Of a stretch of 64,000 nt of DNA, positions 37,601 to 48,569 are shown in pieces. The stretch comes from Pristiophorus japonicus (Eukaryota). The translations under genes and the position numbers were made by a program. Where the stretch lies: contig NC_091980.1 of assembly GCF_044704955.1 (NCBI RefSeq), positions 23,002,001 through 23,066,000 of the forward strand, written 5' to 3'. A model generated the notes under the pieces. The model made no database searches and was not told the DNA's origin. It worked only from the letters and a program-made list of their open reading frames with translations. The first letter of the stretch is position 1. Each line of letters begins with the position of its first letter.

Positions 37601-38009
37601 GCAAAGAGCCAGCACACACTTGATGAGCTGAATGGGTTCCTGCGTAGGTGTAAACTATAGTTCTGTGGAACTGTCCAATCTTTGAAACCCAAAAAGGTCA
37701 TCCTTCTCCAAGTAGAGGAGGTATCTGGTTTGAAGTGATAAATGAGAAAGAGCTTGCATTTTTAAAGCACTTACCATGACCTTAGAACATCTCAAAGCAC
37801 TCCACAGCCAATGAAATACTTTTTGAAGTGCACTTTTTGTTGTGTTGTAGGAAACATGACAGCCAATTTACACAAAAGGCTCCATAAGCAGCATTGAGAT
37901 AAATGACAAATTGAATTTTTAGTGTTGTTGGTTGAGGGATAAATGTTACCATTTTATATAAATAAAAGAGATAAATAAAACCCCCATACCTCCCGTCTCC
38001 ACTCCCCAC

Positions 38010-38776
38010 TGTAAGGTTACTAATCTTCAGAAAAACACAGACCATGAACTAAAAAATTGATTGATCCAAGCTTTTTGAATTAAGCTGGACAATTAAGAAC
38101 ATTCTGTGGTCAGAAACCAAAACTTACTTCATGCATAACAACAATGGAGTTGTTACATGAGGCCCTGAACTTGATTGACCAGGGTGGGGGAAACAAACCC
38201 ACTGGAGACAACAAGTCTGTAAAAGGACCGGACGCAAAAGACCCCACGGAATGCAAATAAGGAAATATCTTTTGGATTGTCGACTCTGTGTGCAAATTAG
38301 TAGCCTTTCAAACGCATTACCACAGCCAGTTAAACAGATCATCAGATCAATAATCGAATTTCATCCCAGCAGGAAACTTATTCAAAATCTGGGTATAAAC
38401 ATACAGACATGGACATACAAGCAGGTTACGCAGAAGCAGGAGGAGAAACACAGAAAGAAACAGCAATCAGGCAAAGAGGAAGGACACAGAAGCAGGAGGA
38501 AGAGACAGAAGGATACGAAAGGAACAGGCACTGCAGAGAACAGACAAAAGAAGAACCAACTAGTCACGGAACCAATGACCACGAACCTACAATAGCTACA
38601 GCCAGGAATGGTGATTGTATGTCTAAATTCAAATTTCTCTCAGCAGTCTAGTCCTGTAATTGTAGTCGGTTTTTGTTGCGTAATAAAACGGACACTAGAA
38701 TTTTGTACTATGTGTTGTCCTTTCCCGCTATCAGTTCCGAGGTATAAAAATCAGAGTAAAGTGAACAAAACAAACA
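38010..38776 (+). mobile_element. Putative solo LTR (ERV- or Gypsy-like)
   Basis: TGTAAG...AACA ends, TATAAA at about 38394, AATAAA at about 38682 followed by a GT-rich tract. The TSD is not clean. Confidence 0.45.
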
Positions 38777-38989
38777 CCCTACACCGCCCTACCCCTCCCA
38801 TCTCCCCTCCAGTCGACCCCTCCCCTTCCCGTCTCCCTGCCTCTCCCCTCCCCCTCCCCTCTTCACCACCCCCCCATCCCCATGAGGCATCTGATGCTAC
38901 TTTCCAGCAGTGCCACCACCAGAACCACCCCGACCCCCTCACGGAGAGATAACATACACTTAGATGCAGTGTAAAGTGATGTTCCCATG

Positions 38990-39387
38990 TGGTTGGAGCT
39001 GCCATGCTGCCCATGGCTGCCGCTGCCGCTCCTTTTATGGTCCCGACCTGCCGCTGATGTTGCCACGAGGGCCCAGAGTTAGCACGGACCAGCCCACACT
39101 GCGATATGTGTGCGCATTAGGGTCCGTGCAGCAGAGCTCGTCTTCAGTCATCTTGGTTAATCCTTGCCACTGGACCAAGACCTAGCTCTGTCAAGCCATT
39201 GTGGTGGCTGGTGTGCAACGGCCACCCCATGTTAAAAAAATCCACGCAGAGGTAACCTCCATCCTTCAATATGTAGTTCGGGACCTGGAATATCAGGTTC
39301 TTCATTGAAACACCTGTGAACTCATCCCTTTTTGGTGTGGAAGCAAGTCATCCTCGATACGAGGGACCAACAAAGAAGGAGAAGAAA
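38990..39387 (+). mobile_element. Bipartite non-autonomous RTE derivative, copy 1
   Basis: The 5' part matches the RTE leader at 36560-36735 and is fused to the RTE 3' terminus GGAAGCAAGTCATCCTCG...GAGGGAC plus an AAG-rich tail. Confidence 0.8.
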
Positions 39388-40104
39388 TGTTGACCATAAC
39401 ACCAGGAGAACTGTCCTGCTATTCTTCAAATAGTGCCATGGGATCATTTATGCCCACCTGACAGAGCCTCAGTTTAACATTTCACCTGAAAGGCAGCACC
39501 TCTGACAATCTCTCAGTGCTGTACTGGGGTGTCAGCCAGGATTACGTGCTCTAGACTCTGGAGCGAGACTTTAGAACCCGCAACCTTCTGACTCATAGAC
39601 AAGAGCACTAAACTGAGCCATGGTAGAGACCGAGGTGGATTAAGATTCTTCTCAGAGATATAACATTTGGCGATGGGAAGTGCTCAACTTTGAAATACTT
39701 GCAAGGAGGAAGACCGCTGTGATAGGATTCTTTGTAACAAAGCAAACAATTTATTTCATTGCTTCAGGAGAAGCTACTGAAAAGGATAATTGACTCCTTG
39801 AATGATATTGTTTACTAGAGCTCGCTTTAAATTTTGTGGTTATTACATCTGCCAAATTCTTTCGGCCTTATGCTTCCATATAATTATAAATAAATATCTT
39901 AGCAGCTTCAGCCTCCAAATGAGCTGCTCTGGTGATATTTTGTGAATCTGAAGTGATGGTGGTAATACAGTTTGGCGACACTAAGTGTATTACACTAAGA
40001 AAGTTAATTATTGATAATTATTATCTTTAGGGTAATAATTACTCATGCACTTCGGGAAGGGGAGATACGCAGTGTCTCTTTGGGGTTGACTTGGCTCTAA
40101 GCTA

Positions 40105-40222
40105 ACATTACAACAGTCTTTCTCACATTACAACAGTGACTACATTTCAAAAGTATTTCATTGGCCGTAAAGTGCTTCAAGTGATCAGGAAAGGTGCTAT
40201 ATAAATGCAAATCTTTCTTTCT
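40105..40222 (+). mobile_element. DeuSINE tail fragment
   Basis: CATTACAACAGTGACTACATTTCAAAAGTA...GCTATATAAATGCAA. Confidence 0.65.
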
Positions 40223-40429
40223 AACATGCCTGGCAATGGAAAGGTATACCTCCATGGTGAATTTGTTGATCCAATATCTGATCCAAGCCAACAGGTCTCC
40301 AGGGAATGTTGCTGATTGAGTAGCTAACATGATTTATTGATAGGACGTGGGGGAATGGGCCTGTCAGAGGAAATGTGGATTCATCCCACTCTGCTCCAGA
40401 TCAAGCTGCAAGGCAATTCCTTAATGTGG

Positions 40430-40840
40430 TCTTCTCTTCTTAGACAGTCCCTGCAGTTGAGGAAGACTTGCTTTCATACTAATATGAGTTCTCAGGTAAT
40501 TGATGAGTCCAATGCGGGACCTACAGTCTCTGTCATGGGTGGGGCAGACAGTGGTTGAACGAATGGTTGGGTGGGGTGCTTGGGTTGTTGTGTGCTCCAT
40601 CCTGTTTGCGCTTGACTTCTGCATGCTCCCGGCGAAGAGGATTGAGGAGTTCGGTGTCTTCCCGGATGCTTCTCCTCCACTTTGAGCGGTCTTGGGCCAG
40701 GGATTCCCAGGTGCCGGTGGGGATGTCGTACTTTTTCAAGGAGGCTTTGAGGGTGTCCTTGAAGCGTTTCATCTGCCCACCTGGGGCTCGCTTACCATGT
40801 CGGAGCACCGAGTAGAGCGCTTGTTTTTGAAATCTAGCAT
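40430..40840 (-). mobile_element. RTE 3' fragment
   Basis: LRHGKRAPGGQMKRFKDTLKASLK; AAG-type tail. Confidence 0.88.
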
Positions 40841-41499
40841 TGTTAGTGCACCATTTAGATGAGCAGCAGGAAGCCTATCTGTCCTCTGTGCTGATAAGGT
40901 GTGTAGTTTAGACTGGTAAAGCTCCAGCATGTCTTTTGTGAACAATTAGGGTCACTAAATCTCAGCTCTTGCCAAACTGGGTCTACATTTTCTGGACTTG
41001 AGAGAGTAGCCCTGATTTTAACTTAAGCCACCCGACACGAACTAGGCTGGTTCGGGCTGGATATCTTTTTTTCATCTTGCCCGAACCTACATTTAATGGA
41101 ACATACCACACTTGGAGTACTGTGTACAGTTTTTGTATTACAAAAAGGATATAGAAGCATAAGAACATAAGGGAAATAGGAGCAGGAGTAGGCCCTACAG
41201 CCCCTCAAGCCTGCTCCACCATTCAATAGCATGGCTGATCATTGACCTCAACTCCACTTCCCCTGTGATCACCATATCCCCTGATTCCCCTAGACTCCAA
41301 AAATCTATCTATCTCAGCCTTGAATATACTCAGAGAATCAGCATCCCCAGATCTCTGGGACAGAGAATTCTAAAGATTCACAACCCTCTGAGTGAATAAA
41401 TTCCTCCTCATCTCTGTCTTAAAAGGCCTTCCCCTTATCCTGAGACTGTGCCCCTTAGTTCTAGACACTCCAGCCAGGGGAAACAACCTCTCAGCACCT

Positions 41500-42079
41500 T
41501 GTAAGATTTTTAAATCTCTGGCATTAAATTTGACAGTGAGACAATTCTTCTAAAACAATTGGAACAGTTTATAAAAAAAACAGACACACATGCACATCCA
41601 CCTTAGTTACAACAGATACAGTGAGGTTATAATAACAAGTGATATACGTTACTTTCCTTTCGCTAGCTGGTTTGAACACTGGTCTTCAACAGGAGGTCTT
41701 GTGCCGTGTATCCAGCTTGGAGAGAGAAAAGTCATTTGCTGAGTTCTTTTAAACCTCTCAAAAATCATTGTCCCTCCAAAAGCCTCACGATTGGACCTTG
41801 GTTCCAGGGCAGTTCCGTATTGGCTCTCCTCACACATGTAGCTGTCTAGCCTGGCCCAGCCATCTCTCGATTAATTTAAATGGCTTTCCAATATACAACC
41901 CCCATGCAGCAGCTCTGTGGGCTTCCAGTTTGTTTCTTTCAAAACTCAGCGCACGCTGGCAAACTGCGGGCTTTCATTTCGTTTCAACACAAACAGGCCT
42001 TTCCATATAACCTACACTTTTAATATTTATACATACACAGAATCAATTTTAATAATTAATAAAAACTTTTATTCTTACA
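41500..42079. mobile_element. Solo LTR
   Basis: TGTAAGA...TCTTACA inverted termini. 4-bp TSD ACCT/ATCT within the host CR1 sequence CTCAGCATCTACC. Confidence 0.65.
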
Positions 42080-42149
42080 ATCTACCATGCCTAGAGCACT
42101 AGAAAATGTGCAAAAAAGATTTACAAGAATGATACCAGAACTGAGAGAG

Positions 42150-42577
42150 TCATCATAGGCAGTCCCTCGAAATCGAGGAAGACTTGCTTCCACTCTAAAA
42201 GTTCTCAGGTGACTGAACAGTCCAATACAGGAACTCCAGTCTCTGTCACAGGTGGGTTGGAGGAAAGGGTGGGTGGGGGGTCTGATTTACCGCACGCTCC
42301 TTCTGCTGCCTGTGCTTGTTTTCTGCATGCTCTCGGCAACGAGATTCGAGGTGCTCAGCGCCCTCCCGGATGCTCTTCGTCCAATTTGGCTGGTCTTGGG
42401 CCAGGGAGTCCCAGGTGTTGTTGCACCTTATCAAGTAGGTGTCCTTGAAATGATTCCTCTGCCCACCTGGGGCTCGCTTGCCATGTAGGAGTTCCGAGTA
42501 GAGCACCTGCTTTGAGACTCTCGTGTCAGGCATGCGAACAATGTGGCCCACCCAACGTGGTCAGTGCTTCGATGCTG
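42150..42577 (-). mobile_element. RTE 3' fragment
   Basis: GHIVRMPDTRVSKQVLYSELLHGKRAPGGQ; (ATG)n tail. Confidence 0.88.
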
Positions 42578-42635
42578 GGTATAACTATCAGAAAAGACTG
42601 AACAGGCTGGGGCTCTTTGCTATACAAAAGAGAAG

Positions 42636-42987
42636 ATGGGTACAGGGCACATTTCAAAATTTGCAGATGACACAAAACTCGGAAATATAGTGAACAGTGA
42701 GAAGGATAGTGATAGACTTCAGGAGGACATAGACAGGCTGGTGAAATGGGCGGACATGTGGCAGATGAAATTTAACGCAGAAATGTGTGAAATGATATAT
42801 TTTGGTAGAATGAATGAGGAGAGGACATAAAGTAAATGGTATAATCATGAAGGGGTGCAGGAATAGAGAAACCTAGGGCTATATATGCACCAATCATTTA
42901 AGTTGGTAGAGCAGTTTGAGAAAGTGCTTAAAAAAGCATATGGGATTCTGGGCTTCAAAATAGAGGCATAGAGTACAAAAGCAAGAA
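42636..42987 (+). mobile_element. CR1 RT fragment
   Basis: [11 protein letters not shown]...LQEDIDRL...WQMKFN. Confidence 0.85.
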
Positions 42988-43220
42988 GTTATCCCCGGTG
43001 TCCTGGCCAATATTTATCCATCAATCAACATAACAAAAACAGATTATCCGGTCATTATCACATTACTGTTTGTGGGAGCTGCTGTTTGCAAATTGGCTGC
43101 TGCATTTCCGACAGTACAACAGTGACTACACTTCAAAAAATATTGCATTGACTATAAAGCGCTTTGGGATATCCTGAGGTCGTGACAGTTGCTCTATGAA
43201 TGCAAGTCTTTCTTTTTTTT
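42988..43220 (+). mobile_element. DeuSINE 3' half
   Basis: GTTATCCCCGGTGTCCTGGCCAATATTTATC...GCAAGTCTTTCTTT. Confidence 0.8.
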
Positions 43221-43234
43221 AACAGGTTCCTCAC

Positions 43235-43696
43235 CAGGGCCGGATTAAGGGCCTGATGGGCCTGGGGCAAACTGAATCAAATGGGCCTATAGTTATGTTT
43301 GTTCATGTTCATTACATTACGTATATGATTCTGATTCTGAGTATGAAAACATAGACCAGTATATTCAACAATGAAAGCATATATTCTGTATCAGGTAGGT
43401 ATATATTCTAGTTCTGGTAACATTGCAATGCTAGATTCCTAAACATATATGCAAATTTCTCTCAATAACATGTGAAATAAAACAGGGTGGTACATATTCT
43501 GTTCAGTATATCGGTACATAAGTGTATATAGGAACCTCTGTATATAGGTATAAACAAGTGCATCTATTTTCCTCGGTCTTGTTTTTCCACTCTTATTGTC
43601 TATTCTTTTCAGCCTATTTGGAAGACCTTATATTTTTTCCCCTACATTTATTTGGTGGGCCCCATGCCCATCCACCCCATGGCTAATCTGCCCCTG
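43235..43696. mobile_element. hAT-superfamily MITE
   Basis: TIRs CAGGGCCGGATTA and CAGGGGCAGATTA (11/13 identical); perfect 8-bp TSD TTCCTCAC (43227-43234 and 43697-43704). Confidence 0.88.
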
Positions 43697-44423
43697 TTCC
43701 TCACCCAGGCTTGGCTCCATGTCGGGCGGGGAATGCAGCTGAAGAGGCTGCAGCCCAGGAACAGATTGGATTGTGCTGCTCAGGCTAGAGATCATGCGGG
43801 GTGGGGGAGAGGGGGTGGGGGCGGGGAGGGTCTGTCTCGCATGATCTCTACTGTCCCAACTACTTTAAAACCAGAAGTGGGCGGGTGCGTGGCAGGTCGG
43901 ATTCGGGTTTCATTTTTACTTCCCACCCTGTCCAAACCCTCCTTGTTTTGGGGGATTAAAATTCCCCGCAGTGCCTTGACGGGGAAGACTGTGACAGGGA
44001 AGGGGGAAATAGTTGCAGGAAGAAAGTGCTAAAATATCTATTTTAAGATCCTGAAAAGTTGTCAGTGTTTGATGAGACGATAGTGTGTAGAGCAGACAAA
44101 TATTATAAGGCGACAGGAATTTTCACAGTGGGAGCTGTGTGTTGTGCGCGATCTTAGCCATCAGGCTTTGATATCCGCCTGGGCTCAATGATAGCACTCT
44201 CTCTTCTGGATCAGAAGCTCACAGGTTCTAGTCCCACCGCAAAGATTTGAGCACATCTTCTGAGCTGAGCCTGGTACTTCTGTACAGTTCTGAGGGAGAG
44301 GTGCACCATCGGAGGTGCTGTCTTTCGAATGTTAAAGCAAGGCCCTGTCTGCCCTCGCAGGTGAAAGATCCTACCGCACAATTTGAAGTCGAGCAGGGAA
44401 GTTATCCCTGGGCCCAGGCCAAT

Positions 44424-44680
44424 CCATCATCATCATTGGCAGTCCCTCAAAATTGAGGAAGACTTGCTTCCACTCTAAAAGTGAGTTCTCAGGTGACCAT
44501 ACAGTCCAATACGGGAATTACAGTCTCTATCACAGGTGGGACAGCCAGAGGTTGAAGGAAAGGGTGGGTGGGGAGTCTGGTTTGCCGCACACCCCTTCCG
44601 CTGCCTGTGCTTGTTTTCTGCATGCTGTCGGCGACGAGACTCGAGGTGCTCAGCACCCTCCCGGATGCTCTTCCTCCACT
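44424..44680 (-). mobile_element. RTE 3' fragment
   Basis: CATCATCATCATTGGCAGTCCCTC...GACTTGCTTCCAC, the same terminus as the other RTE copies. Confidence 0.85.
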
Positions 44681-44821
44681 TATATATTTATCTCTCAACC
44701 AACAAAAAAGTATCTGGCCATTATCACATTGCTGTTGGTGTGCAAATTGGCAGCTGCATTTCCTGCATTACAACAGCGACTGCACTTCAAAAGTACTTTG
44801 TTGGCTGTGAAGCACTTTGGG

Positions 44822-46754
44822 TAGCGCAGTTCTAATCAACGGGTGGGAAACTGAAAGCTTTACGATCAGGTCTGGAGTCGGGCAAGGCTGTCCCCTCTCC
44901 TCTGTCTTGTTTGTGTGTTGTATCGAGCCCTTTGCCGGGTCCATCAGGAAGGATGCGGGCATTTGAGGGGTGACGATCCCAGGCAGCGGAGGCGCTCAGG
45001 TCAAGACCTCCCTGTACGTGGACGACGTGGCCATCTTTTGCTCGGATCCGCAGTCGGTCCACAGATTGCTCACAATCTGCGACCAGTTTGAACTGGCCTC
45101 GGGAGCGAAGGTCAATTGCAGCAAAAGCGAGGCCATGCTCTTTGGCAACTGGGTCGACTGCTTCTTTATTCCCTTCACCGTTAAGCTAGATTACCTGAAG
45201 GTTCGGAGCGGATGGGGCGTGCGCCAAAAACTGGGAAGAGCGTATCGCCAAAGTGAAGCAAAAACTGGGATGGTGGAAGCTGCGCTTCCTCTCCATGGCA
45301 GGAAAGAACCTGGCCATCAGGAGTGAGGTGCTCTCGGGTTTGCTGCACGTGGCACAGGTCTGGCCCATCTCTCGCTCCTGTGCCGCGGCAGTTACCCGGG
45401 CCATCTTCACTTTGTCTGGAGGTCCAAAATGGAACGTGTCCGCAGAGACACAATGTACAAATCTCTGGACAGTGGAGGAAAGGATGTTCCGAACGTTGCC
45501 CTCATCTTGATGGCCACCTTTGTGTGCGGCTGCATCAAGCTGTGCACAGACCCCCGGTATGCAAATACCAATTGTCACTACGTGCTGAGGTTCTACCTGT
45601 CCCCGGTGTTGCGAAGGATGGGCCTGGCCACGCTGCCGCGAAACGGCCCCACCAGCTGGACCATACCTGTCCACCTGTCCTTCGTGGAAAAGATTTTCAC
45701 AAAAAACCCCTTTGACCACAAGGCCATAAAACAGTGGTCTGCACATAAGGTCCTGGACGCCCTACGAAAGAAGGAGAGGGTGGACCCTGTCGGGTGGTTC
45801 CCTGAGCAGACTATCGAACTCGCTTGGCAGAACGTCTCATCGCCAGAGCTTTCACACAAGCCCCAAGACGTAGCTTGGTTGGCGGTGAGGAGGGCCCTAC
45901 CCGTCAGAGCGTTCATGCACAGCCGACGTCTCAGCAACACGGCACGGTGCCCCCGAGTCGGCTGCGGGGCGGACGAGACTGTCACCCACCTCCTTCAGGA
46001 TTGCGCCTTCGCAAGGCAGGTCTGGAAGGAGATGCAATGGTTGCTGTCGAGGTTCATCCCAAGCAGCTCCGTAACACAGGACTCTGTGCTCTATGGACTG
46101 TTCCCAGAGACACACACTGAGACAGACATCATCTGCTGCTGGAGGGCCATCAACTCGGTCAAAGACGCTCTTTGGTCTTGCCGAAACTTGCTGGTCTTCC
46201 AGAGCAAGGAGATGTTCACGTCTGCGTGTTGCAGACTGGTGCAATCCAAGATCCAAGATTACGTGCTGTGGGACGCGCTTAAAATTGGTGCAGTTGCCGC
46301 AAAGGCACAGTGGGGAAGGGCCACAGTTTAAAGCCCTTCTGCCACTGTAAACCCGGGGGCAGGAATCAGTACAAACCTCCCTCAGGTCGTACTTGTAACT
46401 TCTTTTTTGTGTACATGGAGCACTATGATCTGTAAACACCTATGTAGTGCCATGTACAATGCAAGATCTGTTTCGTAATGAACGTTGAAAAGAAAAATGT
46501 AAATGTACCGTCACCCATTCCGTGTACTGTATAGTGACACATGTAATGTCATTTGTTGAATGTACTACAATGTATCCCGTATTGTACCGAATTGTACTTG
46601 AACTGAAAAGCAGGGAAATGTATCGAACGGAACTGCCGTCAGCACCCAAATGTAGTGTATGGGATTGCTGACTGCAGCTAAACACACTGAACTGCTTTTG
46701 AATGTACTGTACAATTTTTTATATGAATAAAGTATATTTTGAAAATAAAAAAAA
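44822..46754 (+). mobile_element. 5'-truncated Tx1/L1-clade LINE (second family) with poly(A) tail
   Basis: GVGQGCPLS, SLYVDDV and CPRVGCGADETVTHLLQDC; AATAAA plus A-tail; 8-bp TSD ACTTTGGG (44814-44821 and 46755-46762). Confidence 0.9.
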
Positions 46755-47510
46755 ACTTTGGGACGTCCAAAGGTCATGAAAGGCAGCTATATAAATGCAA
46801 ATCTTTCTTTCTTTTTATTGCATCCGCTCCAGCATTGCTATTGATTCTGAAGCTTGGTGCGAATAAAATAAACAAATGGAACAAAAGGTATCCCCTGAGG
46901 AATTTAACAAATCGTATTAAACCTTAATTAATGAGTTTCTTTCACTCATTTATCCATGAAGGCAAGACACATTCAGATTAGCAATATAGCAGCCGGATAA
47001 CTTAATTGGATAGCTGTTTCAAAAAGCCAGCACAGGCACAATGGGTGGAATGGCCTTCTTCAGTGCTGTATGCTTTGATGATTCTATAAAGATCGGGTCA
47101 TAAGACTATGGCCTGGAAATGTCCTCAGAACTGATCGTGCTCTGCTGTGGTAACTTTGCGGGAAATGCGGAACAACCCGTGGAAATGGGATTTCTGCCAG
47201 TGCTGTGAGGAATTTCTGGGCTTTTGTCAAACCACTAATGCTCACTCAGCAAAACTTGACTGGGCTTGGGCTCATAAATGGGCTCCATACGCAGGAAAAT
47301 GGGTGCTAATTCTTTGCTGCTGTTTGCGCCTGAAGAGCACTGCATTTGAATTTCCTGCACAGTTTTTCAGGTAGTTGCACCTGAAGAGGGTGCATCAGTC
47401 TCAAAGTCCTGAGGGAGAGCTGCACCGTCTTTCGGATGTTAAACCAAGGCCCTGTCTGTTCTAACACTGGGTGCAGTTCAGCAACAAACTTCCCCCAAAC
47501 AACTAAAAAC

Positions 47511-48118
47511 TGGGTCTCAATTTTAACTCCAATACGGGAACATGGCAAAGTGAGCGCTGTGCCCGACCAGGTGTGTCAGCGTGGCAGATTCAGCCGATTC
47601 GAAACAAAAATTCATTATCGTACGGCTTGGCAACTTCCCGACCAAGGCGACCATTAAAATCGGGCAGCAGAAGGCCGCCTGCAGAGATCCAGGGGCACAG
47701 TCCCTGGCATTAGGTAAACACTCTGACAGGGGGAGAGGAGGCCCAAGGTTTCATTGTGGGGTCCAGAGGAGAACTCCTCCTAATCTTGGCCCATAAGGAA
47801 ACTTTAAAACAATAATTAAAACTTACTTTGCTGGGCCTCTTCTGGCCCTGGCCGCTGATCACGACAGGTTTTGCCTGGCGGCTAAGCCAGCAGGCTTCAC
47901 TCAGGCCCCCTGCACAGGCTTCACATTCAAATGGCCGATCAGGCCCCGATTACATAATTAAAGTGGACCCCGCCAGCTTAGGGTGGGTGTCCTTGCTGCC
48001 TGCAATTTAAAACTACAGTCGGCCAGATCGGGGCAGGATTGGGAAGGGTATGTTCCGCACCCTGTTTTAACCACACCCCTATCTAGTTTCTGCCATGTGG
48101 CATGGAGCAGTTAAAATC
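47511..48118. mobile_element. Putative MITE
   Basis: ATTTTAACT near the left end and AGTTAAAAT at the right end; GC-rich interior. Confidence 0.4.
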
Positions 48119-48495
48119 ATAAAATCACAGAACGGTTACGGCACAGAAGGAGGCCATTCGGCCCGTCAAGCCCATGCCGGCTCTCTGCAAGAGCACCCTC
48201 AGCTAGTCCCACTCCCCTTTCCCCGTAGCCCTACAATTCTTTGTCCTTCAGCTACTTATCCAACTCCCTTTTGAAAGCCATGATTAAGATTGCCTCCGTC
48301 GTCCTTGCAGGCAGTGCATTCCAGATCCTAACCACTCGCTGCGTAAAAACGTTTTTCCTCATGTCGCCTTCGGCTCTTTTGCCAATCACCTTAAATCTAT
48401 GTCCTCTGGTTCGCGACCCTTCTGCCATTGGGAACGGTTTCTCTCTATCTACTCGTCATGATTTTGAACACCTCTATCAAACCTGCTCTCAACCA
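48117..48495 (-). mobile_element. CR1 3' fragment
   Basis: Reverse complement of RAGLIEVFKIM...FFTQRVVRIWNALP plus tail. Confidence 0.8.
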
Positions 48496-48569
48496 ATTGT
48501 GTCCCCTTACTCTCATTTGGGGTCCATCTGTCATAAAGGGACAGGCAACTCTTGTGAGGGAAGGTCCTT

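Larger units (their letters stand above)
29330..37660 (+). mobile_element. Old CR1 fragment (29330-29458 and 37356-37660), outermost layer of a four-level nest
   Basis: VRPQLEYCVVLWVPHY on the left resumes as YRKDIK...RFTRM on the right; ATTAT at both breakpoints. Confidence 0.7.
37748..39625 (-). mobile_element. DeuSINE split by insertions (37748-37945 and about 39390-39625)
   Basis: Tail on the left. Deu-domain (TTCTTCAAATAGTGCCATGGGATC) and tRNA-like head on the right. Confidence 0.7.
41095..42635 (+). mobile_element. Old CR1 fragment interrupted by a minus-strand CR1 tail (41157-42092, itself holding a solo LTR) and by an RTE fragment
   Basis: PHLEYCVQF, then LENVQKRFTRMIPELR, then YNYQKRLNRLGLF are consecutive CR1 motifs separated by the insertions. 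Confidence 0.65.
44170..46815 (+). mobile_element. DeuSINE carrying nested RTE and Tx1-like insertions
   Basis: Head and Deu-domain at 44170-44423, middle at 44681-44821, tail at 46755-46815. Confidence 0.78.

Noticed and set aside
38251-38651. Lys/Glu/Arg-rich ORFs
   Set aside because: They come from a purine-rich low-complexity segment within the putative LTR.
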